Shown: piece after piece, positions 38,036 to 49,490 of the stretch
Layout: every line of letters starts with the position of its first letter
How positions within the stretch are numbered: position 1 is the stretch's first letter
NCBI RefSeq assembly: GCF_004010195.1
Contig: NC_057718.1
Location: 11,800,514 to 11,858,042 of the forward strand
Source: Chiloscyllium plagiosum
Lineage: Eukaryota
Length of the DNA: 57,529 nucleotides
Direction of reading: 5' to 3'
Notes under the pieces: generated by a model
Seen by the model: only the letters and a program-made list of their open reading frames with translations
Told to the model about the DNA's origin: nothing
Databases searched by the model: none
Made by a program: the position numbers and the translations under genes

Positions 38036-40019
38036 CTAACACTGTTTCAATAAGGTGGTTTAGTTCTTGCCAATATGGACATAGAAATATGCTGACACGT
38101 ATAATTCAATGTTGATTCAGCATTGGGTAAACCAAGAAACAATTGTAGAATCAAGGTGGGATAGTACAAAGATAAATTTCACTACGAATCAGAGGTATAT
38201 GAAAACTGACTCTGAGCTGAATTTGATGACTACATGAGAGGCAGTGAATGTGTATTTAACTCCGCCAAAAACCAGAGAGTTTGAGAGTCACTACGCATCA
38301 TGATCCCATTCTCAATGAATGTCAAAGACTTTTTGACTAGGTCATTATTAGTGATGTGACTAAGATAAACTAGGCTGTTGGAGTTCCAACAGGGGAGGAA
38401 AGATATGGAGTTGGTTTCCAACAGTATATGTCTGATTGTTAGAGGTTGAGAATAAGAAAGGTAAGAATTTTAAAAGAATAGGGTGATTACAGCAGCTTTG
38501 AAAGAAAGCAGTATCCAAGGCAGGAGTAAGAGAAGTGGTTTTGGGTCAAATAGTATAGTGATTAGAAGCCATCTTAGGAATGTCTCCATGTAGCACAACA
38601 TAAGGTATTTACTACTTTTACACTTCAGGACACATTGAAAACCCTGAAACAAGGAGTTCCAACCAAAAATAACTGCTAGTCAAGAGGCACTTTACCTGAA
38701 ATAAACAGATGCTTTGAAAGCACTGTGGTAATCTCCTTTCAAAATGGATGCAGGCCCATTTCCACCATGCTGGAACAGTGAGCCTGCATGGTGATTGATG
38801 AGTAAGACTAACACATGCTCAACTGCAAGCAGCCATTATTGAGCTAACTTTGTTTGCATCTTTCCAACAGAGAGAGCAGCAGAGGCAGCCATACAACTAA
38901 ATGCTCAGATCTTACAGTAAACCACAGTGAAGGCAGTTAGAATCCAACCGTTTGTTTTATTCTTCCATCTGCCTCATCTAACAGATAATCTTCTCCTCAG
39001 TCACATTTAATCACTTGTCTTCTCCACTTCTAAAATAAGACTTGTGTTCCACCTATTGTTCAAACAATCATGGGCAGTTTACTGTGGTCTGCATGGCTTA
39101 ATGATATATTAATTTTACCACATTAGAGAACAAAAGTGTAACTGGGCCTTTTTGAAAAATATGTAATATATATATTGTATTGCTGTTTCCAAACATTATT
39201 CCAACCATGTTACAGAGTATTTCAGTTGTGATATCATGTTACTAATATCCTATTATTGCTTCCTAGAAATTGAATTACATAATTTCTCAATCACTTCAAA
39301 TAAATATATCAGTTTATTAATCCTAGTGTCCCGCGCTTTAAGTGAATATTCCAGATAGCATTCCAATCATAAATCTCTGAGGATGTATTTGTAGGTTTTA
39401 TAAAAATTCAAACATAAAGATTCTTAAGAGAAATGTGATCAGTACTTTCAGTGCTGTTCAACGAAAAGAGAAATATTTTGGCAGCAATAAAGACTGCTGA
39501 AAATGCTGGAAATACACAGTCAGTCTATCAACAACTGAAAGGAGAAAACCGGGATCAAGATGAACCACATGTGTAGGGACGGCAGCCATTCTTCACAAGG
39601 GAGCCATTTGTGGAAAGGAAAGCAGTGAATAGCTCAGAGGCTTTCTGTCGGGCTGCCTTGTCAGCCTGCAACTACCACATCTCGAGCAGGGAGCTTTCCC
39701 CCTTCGGGATAGTGATGATTAAACTTAGGGAGAATGGCAAAGTCTGAACAATGGATTTATGTTTAGCAATGTGGTCATCATGAAATAAATTGGAGCCCAC
39801 TCTAATCATAATTAATACTAATCAGTTTGTTCAATTCTAAATGGCTTTTTCTCACCAGCTGTAAATACGTTAACCTTTTGGAGGAGAAAGTGCACAGGGT
39901 GGTGGGGGGCATGTGTTTGTTTTCAACACCCAGTTCACCTTACATGTAGTTGGGCATCAAGGGCAAACTCCAGATGATAATAGCTGTGTGGATTGATGAG
40001 CAGGATAGACTAGAAGCTG

Positions 40020-40085
40020 AGCTTTTCTGATGAAAGGCTCCGGCCACAATCTCAATTCTGATCTCCAGCATCTGCAGACCCTTAG
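40020..40085 (+). mobile_element. Tiny Penelope-derived remnant (family B-like)
   Basis: CTGATGA-aaggctccggcc joined to tctgatctccagcatctgcagacc (antisense of 2602-2626); flanked by ctagaagct repeats. Confidence 0.55.
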
Positions 40086-40385
40086 CTAGAAGCTAAGGGA
40101 AATCTAGTGTACCAAAATCTGGAGGCATAGAAGTTGATTTATATCATTCCTTTTCTATGACCAATCTTTGAAATATCTTGGATCATGGTATTCAGCTTTC
40201 AACCAGATTTTTAACAAAGAAAAGCATAGAAAAACCCCAGAACTATATCCCTGTTACAAAGCTTACTGTACATTACCCTCGGGACAATAGTAGAATATTC
40301 ACATCAGCACTATTTTCTTGATATCTTCACCTTGTAATTAACCACCTTCACTGCATTAGAATGAAAATATTTCTTAAAACACTAA

Positions 40386-40504
40386 ATAAAAACCGACAGA
40401 ACTGTGGATGCTGTTTTTACAAATGATCACCAGACCCAAACTTAATTCTGATTTCTCTTCTCAGATACTGCCAGATCTGCCGTATCTTTCTAGCAATTAC
40501 TGTT
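40386..40504. mobile_element. Decayed Penelope-derived inverted mini-element
   Basis: gaactgtggatgctg arm then cagaccc.aaac.taattctg..cagatactgccaga arm; flanks tttcttaaaacactaa / tttcttaatgcactaa. Confidence 0.45.
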
Positions 40505-40614
40505 TTTCTTAATGCACTAATCATATTTTAGCACAACTCCTAATAACCACATTATCAAATCACTTTTTCTGGCCTGTTTCCATGAATATATTTCATGATC
40601 ACGTCACAGGACAT

Positions 40615-41487
40615 AGTATAGTTCGTAAGTTTGCATATGACACCAAAATTGGAAGTATAGTGGACAGCGAAGAAGGTTACCTCAGAGTACAACAGGATCT
40701 TGATCAGTTGGGCTAATGGGTTAAGGAGTGGCAGATGGAGATTAATTTAGATAAATGTGAGGTGCTGCATTTTGGGAAGGCAAATCAGGGCAGGACTTGT
40801 ACATTTAATGGTGAGGTCCTGGGGAGTGTTGCCAAACAAAGAGACCTTGGGGTGCAGGTTTATAGCTCCTTGAAAGTGGAGTCACAGGTAGATAGGATAG
40901 TGAAGAAGGCATTTAGTATGCTTTCCTTTATTGGTCAGAGCATTGAGTAGAGGAGTTGGGAGGTCATGTTGTGGCTGTACAGGATGTTGGTTAGGCCATT
41001 TTTGGAATATTGTGTGCAATTCTGGTCTCCATCCTTTAGATGCTGCCAGGTTTAGAGGGTTTGCATTACAGAGAGAGGCTGAATAGTCTGGGGCTGTTTT
41101 CCCTGGGGCATTGGAGGCTGAGGGGTGACCTTATAGAGGTTTATAAAATCATGAGGGGCATAGGTAGGGTAAATAGACAAAGTTTTTTCCCTGGGTTGGG
41201 GGAGTCCAGGAGAGGTCATAGGTTTAGGGTGAGAGGGGCAAGATATAAAAGAGACCTAAGGGGCAACTTTTTTCACATAGAAGGTGGTGCGTGTGTGGAA
41301 TGAGCTGCCAGGGGAAGTGGTAGAGGCAGGTACAATTACAACATTTAAAAGGCATTTGGATGGGTACATGAATAGGAAGGGTTTAGAGGGATATGGGTCA
41401 AATGCTGGAAAATTGGACTAGATTTATTTAGGATACCTGGTCAAAGGATCTGTCTCCATGTTGTACATCTCTATGACGCTATGACAC
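40615..41487 (+). mobile_element. CR1 3' fragment
   Basis: KFAYDTKIG..KCEVLHFG..RDLRGNFF; ctatgac tail. Confidence 0.9.
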
Positions 41488-41554
41488 TCTCCATCAAAAC
41501 TGTACAGAAGGTAGCTTAAGAGCTACCGCCTTACATTTTGACTCTGTGACGAAT

Positions 41555-41729
41555 TAAGTTAGCATTAAGGCACTTTACCTGAATGCTCGTAGCATTCATA
41601 ACAAAGCCGATGAACTAATGGCACAGATAATAGTGAATGATTATGATGTAGTAGGCATCACAGAGACTTGGTTACAGGGGGGTCAGGACTGGCAGTTAAA
41701 CCTCCATGGTTTTTCAACTATTTCAAAAG
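41555..41729 (+). mobile_element. CR1 ORF2 N-terminal (endonuclease) fragment
   Basis: ALYLNARSIHNKADELMAQIIVNDYDVVGITETWLQ. Confidence 0.85.
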
Positions 41730-42849
41730 CGCAATTTTTCTATAATGTAGGGTTGCAAAAGTACGCAGCCATTGCTTTATAGAAGAACTAACTGTAATCC
41801 TTGTAATCCATTTAACCACCTGAATTGTTAAAGTTCTCAAATCAAAAACACAAAATGTAGAAAAATAAGGTATGATATATTTATTAAAACAGAAGCAGCT
41901 TTCAAGATGTCAGTCCACACAAAGTGTTTTGCATGTCGTGGCGTTCCTTGCTAACTCAGTTAATAAATTTACATCATTGATTATGTTTGGTAATAAAGGA
42001 ACGCAGTTGGCTCAATCTTTGATACCACAACTGGCTTCAATGAGCCGATTGTCCTGAAGTAAATCATTATCTAGATTATCCTCTCCTAATTTCTATGGAC
42101 TACTGCTGGAAATGTATGTTAGAATGGGCTCGACCATGATATTACCCAATCTGCTGACACTGCTACTAGACTTATGCCTACCATAAAGCACCAACTTCTG
42201 CAAGAAGTGAAGATTAGACAAACCGGAAAAATCAAAGCGTATTCTGTAAGCTCATTGCTAGTAAAATTGAACGTACGGTTATGACAATTTGAAATATAAC
42301 TTTCAAGCATAAATATACTGTTAGTGATTCCGTTTGCCCTACCAAACAGTCCAGGAGTCCAAATTGATCACCATACAATGTGCATTCAAGTGTGCAGTCT
42401 GGAAATGCTTGAGAGTTTTGACTGCAACCCTGGTAACCACATTTCAGGTTGTGTACCTTGAGAAATTTGTGTACTTTCCCACTTGATAAACTTAAGTTCT
42501 AGACTAGCAATGGCATGCTTGGCATCAGACCAGTAGATATGCATGATGCTACTTTTATCTATGTGCAATTACAACTGCTAGATTCCATTGCTGCATTTTA
42601 TATAAAATATATTGTATCTATTTGAATTATAGTCTATTTTTCATATTGATCATCTTAACAGGAACAGATTTTTTTTGTCATTTGTAAAACTTGCAGACAG
42701 TTCTTTGAGAGCATTAAGATAAATTTGCTTATTAACTGCACTTCACATTGTTCTATAGTTCTCAAAAAAAATCTTAAAATCCAAGAATGCAATATAACTT
42801 AATCACATGGCAGATAATGAAATTAATGCAATTGTTAAAATTTGAAATT

Positions 42850-43195
42850 GAAAACTAGTCTTAGGAGGGGTGACCATCAAACTAAAACAAAAATCTAGTT
42901 CACCAATTTCCTTCAGGGAAGGAAACCTCACGCTTACGTGGAACTGATCTACATAGGACTGCAGGCCCAATGCATTCTGGCTGAAATGGCCAAACAGGCT
43001 GAATCAGTTCAAGGTCAGTTAGGGATGGACAAAAAAAAAGTGGTCTTTCCAGCGGTGTCCACAACTCATGAAAGAACTGACCAAAAACAAAAAGCTTAAT
43101 CTAGGAACCTGTTAATGCAACCCACCATTACCTTCTTCGGGGCAATTAAGGTTTGGCATAAATGATGCCCTCAGCTCATGAATGAATTAAAAAAA
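42850..43195 (+). mobile_element. Decayed Deu-SINE and L2-type tails
   Basis: cagggaaggaaacc core; gttagggatggac and ggggcaattaagg tails. Confidence 0.55.
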
Positions 43196-43537
43196 TACTA
43201 GTTATCTCAAGCAGTTAAACAAGATTGATAGTACATGTATTTCTTTTGCATGTTGCAAGTCGTCTATATCTTGCTCATTTCGGCTGGTTAAATGGGTTAT
43301 TGCTAGTGATCTGTTCTAATAATTTTCCAATAAATGAAGTTAAGCTAATGAGTTCTTGATTTCCCAGTCATGATTTATTATCCTCTTGAAACAAATCCAT
43401 GCTTCATTGGCTTGCCAGCAATCCCTATCTTGGGTGAGTTTTTGCATCGATAAATATTTTTCTTCCAAATTCTTTTCTGTTTTTGAGGATATATCTCCTG
43501 ATTGCTACCAGCTCTTATTTAGAGTTACTTAATGTGG

Positions 43538-44650
43538 ATCTTTTTTGAAGAGGTAACAAGTAGGTTAGACCAGGGAAACCCAGTGGATGTGGTCTATCTC
43601 GACTTTCAAAAGGCCTTTGATAAGGTGCCACACGGGAGGCTGCTGCGCAAGGTGAGTGCCCATGGTGTTCGAGGTGAGCTGCTGGGATGGAGTGGGGATT
43701 GGCTGTCTAACAGAAGGCAGGGAGTTGGGATAAAAGGTTCTTTTTCAGAATGGCAGCCGGTGACGAGCGGTGTCCCGCAGGGTTCGGTGCTGGGGCCACA
43801 GCTGTTCGCATTATATATTAACGATTTGGATGAGGGAACCGGGGGCATTCTAGCGAAGTTTGCCGATGATACGAGGTTAGGTGGACAGGCAGGTAGTACT
43901 GAGGAGGTGGGGAGGCTACAGAAGGATCTAGACCGGTTGGGAGAGTGGTCCAGGAAATGGCTGATGGAATTTAACGTGAGCAGGTGCGAGGTCTTGCACT
44001 TTGGCAAAAATAATAAAAGCATAGACTACTTTCTAAATGGTGAGAAAATTAATAAAGCCAAAGCACAAAGGGATCTGGGAGTGCTAGTCGAGGATTCTCT
44101 AAAGGTAAACATGCAGGTTGAGTCCGTGATTAAGAAAGCGAATGCAGTGTTGTCTCTTATCTCAAGAGGGTTGGAATATAAAAGCAGAGATGTACTACTA
44201 AGACTTTATAAAGCTCTGGTTAGGCCCCATTTGGAGTACTGTGTCCAGTTTTGGTTCCCACACCTTAGGAAGGACATACTGGCACTGGAACGAGTCTGGC
44301 TTGGAAAAGGTGGATGCTAGGAAATTGTTTCTGTTAGGCGAGGAGACTAGGACCCGTGGACACAGCCTTAGAATTAGAGGGGGTCATTTCAGAACAGAAA
44401 TGCGGAGACATTTCTTCAGCCAGAGAGTGGTGGGCCTGTGGAATTCATTGCCACGGAGTGCAGTGGAAGCCGGGACGCTAAATGTCTTCAAGGCCGAGAT
44501 TGATAGATTCTTGTTGTCTAGAGGAATTAAGGGCTACGGGGAGAACGCTGGTAAGTGGAGCTGAAATGCGCATCAGCCATGATTGAATGGCGGAGTGGAC
44601 TCGATGGGCCGAATGGCCTTACTTCCACTCCTATGTCTTATGGTCTTATG
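43538..44650 (+). mobile_element. Young CR1 RT and 3' end
   Basis: ORF 43532-44320 (DFQKAFD, GVPQGS, FADD); internal deletion near 44297; (tcttatg)n tail. Confidence 0.95.
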
Positions 44651-45139
44651 GAATATTATTGAAAGGAACTGACTGTCACTTCCTAGCTCAGATTAGGCTT
44701 CAAAGCAGACGGTTGTCTTAAATATTCTTTTCACGGATCACAATCATACTCCCCCGTTCAGGAATGAGGAGAAACCTACAGCCTGAAAGTTCCTACTTCT
44801 TTTCAAAGTGTGTTGTTGAATGAGATACATGGCATTCAGTCTGCCAACCTGAAGCTGGTGGTAGATAGGGTGGTGGAGTGAAGAGCAGTGTATTAATCTG
44901 TGGACTGGCAAAGGAGGGCACACCTGCAGATGTAGCCAGCCTTGACACAGAGTGCTGGGTCAGTGCGGTATCCCAAGTTCAATGCAACATGCACACAGAG
45001 TGGGAAGAAGATCCGTGATATTCTGCACTCCAATTAATGTGAGCTGCACCATCTTCTTCTGCTATCTCACAATCATAGGACCACCACTCACTCCAATCCT
45101 GCCACTGCATACACATCTTTACCAAGGGTCATGAGATAC

Positions 45140-45790
45140 AGGAGGGAGGCAGTTACATAGCAGCAATGTGATTGGGTCTAGTTATCCAGAGACCCAATCT
45201 AATACTCTGGTGATGTGTGTTGGAATTTGAATTCAACTGATAAATCTGGAATTGAACATTTATATCAGCAATGATAATTTCAATATGAAATCATGTCAAT
45301 TGTCATAAAAGCCCATCTGGTTCGCTAACATATTTCAGGAAAGGAAATCTGCTACATTTAGCTGGCTTGTCCTAAATGTGACTCCAGATCCACTGGAATC
45401 TCCATCAAAACTTGACTTTATAGGAGGTAGCTTAAGAGCCTCCTCCTTACATTTTGACTCTGTGACAAATATGAAGGAAAGGAACTGACTGTCACTTCCT
45501 AGATCAGATTAGGCTTCAAAGTAGACAGTTGTTCTGGATACTATTTTCAAGGATCACAATCATCCTTCACCAGGAATGAAGAAAGACCTATGGCCTGTTA
45601 TTTCCCATTTGTATTTAAAGCATGTTGTTGAATGAGGGGGGTCAGAGGGATTTCTCTTAACACTGACAATGACACTGACTCTTAACTATCTTCTGGAATG
45701 GTCAAGAGAGCCACTCAATTCAAGGACAGTTAGGGGTGGGGATCAAATGTTGGTCTTGCTGGTCTTTCTATCCCAGGAAAGAATAAATAA
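45140..45790 (+). mobile_element. Deu-domain SINE interrupted at ~45398-45660
   Basis: Head and core 45140-45397 (ggaaaggaaatctgc..tgtgactccaga); resumes with tgactcttaact..gttagggg tail. Confidence 0.7.
45399..45636 (+). repeat. Diverged duplicate of 41488-41554 joined to 44651-44824
   Basis: Colinear match to both flanks of the 41555-44650 insertion. Confidence 0.9.
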
Positions 45791-47586
45791 ACCTCTCACG
45801 ATTGCATCCATCATGTTCACTCAATGGACTTTCACTCACCTCATTCTCCAAAACTAGGAACCCTTCCTGCTCTCTGTGCTGCCCCTTCACTCACCGGGGA
45901 CAACTTATCACCTGTCCTCATGTACCACCACTACCTGCTCTTCCACCCAATTCCATCAATTTCAATTTCTCCTTTTGTCTCATTGCAGAAAACATTGCAC
46001 ACCCTTCCTCCCCCACCCACACTGATATCTCCACAGCTCCTGGCTAATCTACCGGTAATCCCCTGTTTGTTTGTATTTGAACCACTGGGAGTAAAATCAG
46101 GCGATCCCCTTCAGTGAATGTGCTGGTACCCCCATGACTGGAATTCCCCTTGAGCCCTTGTCTGATCCCTTTGACTTTTAGACATGGGCATGTGCTTCAA
46201 GCACACACTGTGCGTTTGCTGTGTCCACTGCTGACACATGCTGCAAGCACAACATTGACTTAGCACAGTGCCATGCAGCGACGTATCCATTCCTTGACTA
46301 TTCAGTGCTTCCCACAGTGACAAGTTTCTTGCTTCTTACTCTCCACTAAAAAGCAATGTAAGCAATAAAGGCTTGTAGCCTGTAAGCTTGGAGTCAACAG
46401 CCTATGTGTTGGAAAATAATACAAGACTCAGAGACTGGCAATCTCCAAGTAAGCAGGAAGTGTGCAAGTTAAGAGCCATAAGATACATCCTGTTTCGATG
46501 CATGTGTGACACTGTGCAAAGTCACTTGGCAGAAGCAAACAGTTATAAATGTCCCTGAGTTCCAAAGGACAATCCTGAAGGATTAAAGAGGTGTTTGAAT
46601 TGGAATGAGAGCAGCTATGATGACGTGGTGATTTGCCACTGCCACCATGTATGGAGAAAGATCGAAGAAGATGGTGTCCACGGAACATGGAGAGACGTTG
46701 GGATGAAGACAGAGTTGGCTAGTCCAAGTAATTGATAAGCTGCAGCCACAGATCCTGTTCTGATTTTCATGTCTATTTTCTTGTGGAAGGCAAGGAGAAT
46801 TGGATATGAGGCAAGTTAGGATATGATACAGATGCAAATGCCTTGAAATAAGGTAGTCAGCACTGAATAGCAAAATTCTGAGTTTGCTGCTTAAAACTGA
46901 AGGGAAACATCTGAACTTTTTTTCTGATTCTGTTTTCATTCATTCCCAACTTTCACATCATAGCCCACATGGGAAAGTTCCACTTATTCTTTTCTTTTCA
47001 GAATACTTTTCTAGTTTAAATTTCTAACAACCTAAATGAATGCCACGGTTTTGTATGTACTAACAATATTTGTTGTTTTACCCAGTATCATCATTTTTCA
47101 GATGAGATATTATACCGAGGTAAACATATGAGATCACCTGATACGATTTCAAAGAAAAGTAGGCAAGTCTTCCCTCATGTCCTGATCAAAAGTTATTCTT
47201 TAACCGACATCACAAAAGGCAGAATATGTGGATATTATCATACTGCAGTTTGCGGGACTTTGCTGTGTGCAAATGGACTGTCACATTTCCTGACTGCATT
47301 TCATTGGGATATCCTGAGGTCAGTTAGGATGTTATGCAACAGCAAGCCTTTCTTATTTGAGTGAAGTATAAAACGATTAAGGCCAGTGAGTTGAAACCTA
47401 AGGCATCAGTGAGGCAATTCAATCCATTCCACTGAAACAAACTCGAGACCTCTTCGTTGGTGTTGGTAGCTAGGAGTGATATAAGTTGTACTAGTCACAG
47501 ACCAGTCAACAGCACTAGTCAACTTTCCTCACAGTCACAATCTTCAGGCATGCAGCAATGACAGCATAGTGGCCCAAGTTTGTAAT

Positions 47587-47790
47587 CATGATTTGGAGAT
47601 GCCGGTGTTGGACTGGGGTGTGCAAAGTTAAAAATCACACAACACCAGGTTATAGTCCAACAGGTTTAATTGGAAGCACACTAGCTTTCGGAGCAAAGCT
47701 CCTTTGTCACCTGATAAAGGAGCATTGCTCCAAAAGCTAGTGTGCTTCCAATTAAACCTGTTGGACTATAACCTGGTATTGTGTGATTTT
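47587..47790. mobile_element. Palindromic Penelope-derived mini-element (family D) with 12-bp TSD
   Basis: 79-bp arms 47631-47709 / 47712-47790; TSD caagtttgtaat at 47575-47586 and 47791-47802. Confidence 0.8.
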
Positions 47791-48489
47791 CAAGTTTGTA
47801 ATGAAACCTTATTTGCCACAACAACATCCTGCTCACTCAAACTGAGGAGCGGGCTGATTCTGTATGTGTGAAGTAAAAGGCAAAGACACAATTGGAAACA
47901 GATGGAGGACATTGAGCGAGATCAACATTTACAGAACATTTTAGTCAAGGCAGCTGAAGGAAAGACAACTGAGAGGAATGATTGAACACTGGGCAGGTGA
48001 TTAAGGAACTGTACCGAAAATTGATAAAGAAAAGTCCTGAAGGAAAAAATAATTGTCAAAATTAGTTATAGAAAGTCAACAACATTCAAGTCTGAATGTT
48101 AAAGCTGGTCAGGCAATCATAACATCCTGAAATTCTGAACCTGCAGGAAAAATGGAGCTACAAGGTGATTTCAGTTAGAAAACTGCATTCATTCTAATTT
48201 TCAGCAATAAGGTAATTTAAGTCATGAGTACAGGGAGCCGTTGCTGACATGAGCTCAACAATAACTCACGTTGTGGCTAGCAGCATCACTATTGTACTCC
48301 AATGCTGGAGTGGGAAGGGGACTGCATCTATTTACCTAATATTCTCAAAAATATACATATGTAACTAATTTTATGATATCAAATACACTGCAAAAACACT
48401 ACCACTACCAAGTTAATGCCAGGAACAAACCCATACAATTTCCTAGCAGAATGGCTACTATTGAGACAAAGGAGTCTCTAAGTGTGGAA

Positions 48490-49490
48490 TTTCATTCCTC
48501 ACATCCACTTTCTTTCCTTTCCCTGGAATCCCTGATTCCCCTACTTATCAAGAAGCTATATAGCTCAGCCTTAATTCGATGAGAGGACTCTGCCCCACAG
48601 CTGTCTATGGCAAGGAGTTTCAAAGACTCACAAGGCTTGAGAGAAGAAATTCCTCCTCATATCGGTATTAAATTGGCATCTTTATTCTGAAGGGAAATAT
48701 TCTCTCAGCATTTACCCTGTTGTGTCCCTTAAGACTCCGATGTGTTTCAACGAGGTTATCTCTGATTCTTCTAAATTCCAGCGAATGGAGTCCCAACATA
48801 TTTGGCCTTTGCTCATAAGACAAAACCCCCATACCAGGTGTCATTCTAGTCAGTACTCTCTGAACTGCTTGTAATGAAACAGTATCTTTTCTTAAATAAG
48901 GGACAAAAACTGCACCGAGTACTCCACTTGTGGTCCCACCAGCATCTTGTCATTTGTAGTAAGATTTCCCTACTCCTACACTCTAACCTCCTTGAAATAA
49001 GGGCCAACATTTCATTAGGCTTCCTGAGTACCTGTTGCATCTGTGCGCTACCTTTCTGTGCTTCATCCATTAAATATTTCCAAGTTTTTTTGTTTTGCAG
49101 CATTCTGCAGTTTTTCTCCATTTAAATAATATTCTTTCTTTTGTTCTCCCTTCTAAATAAAACAACTTCACATTTTTCCACATCATACTCCATTTGTTAA
49201 ATATTTGCCCACCTACTTAACCTATCAATATAGCTCTGTAAACTGTCTGCATATCTTTCATAACCTGTCTTTCCACCTATTTTCGTGTCATCTGCAAGTT
49301 GAGCTACAGTACATTCATTTTCTTCCTCCAAGTCATTAATATATATTGTAAACAATTTCTGTCTTAGCACTGATCCCTGTGGAACCCCACTGGTCACAGG
49401 TTACCAAACTGAAAAAGAACCCATTACTCCAAATCACTGTTCCCTGCCCATGAGACAATTCTCTATCAATGCTAATGCACCACCCTCTGA
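48490..49490 (-). mobile_element. CR1 3' part (RT to 3' UTR)
   Basis: TSGVPQGSVL..LADDTKIGG and ORF2 C-terminus. Confidence 0.85.

Noticed and set aside
45800..46940. Possible Harbinger-like remnant or coding region
   Set aside because: Composition is suggestive but no motif or termini could be identified.
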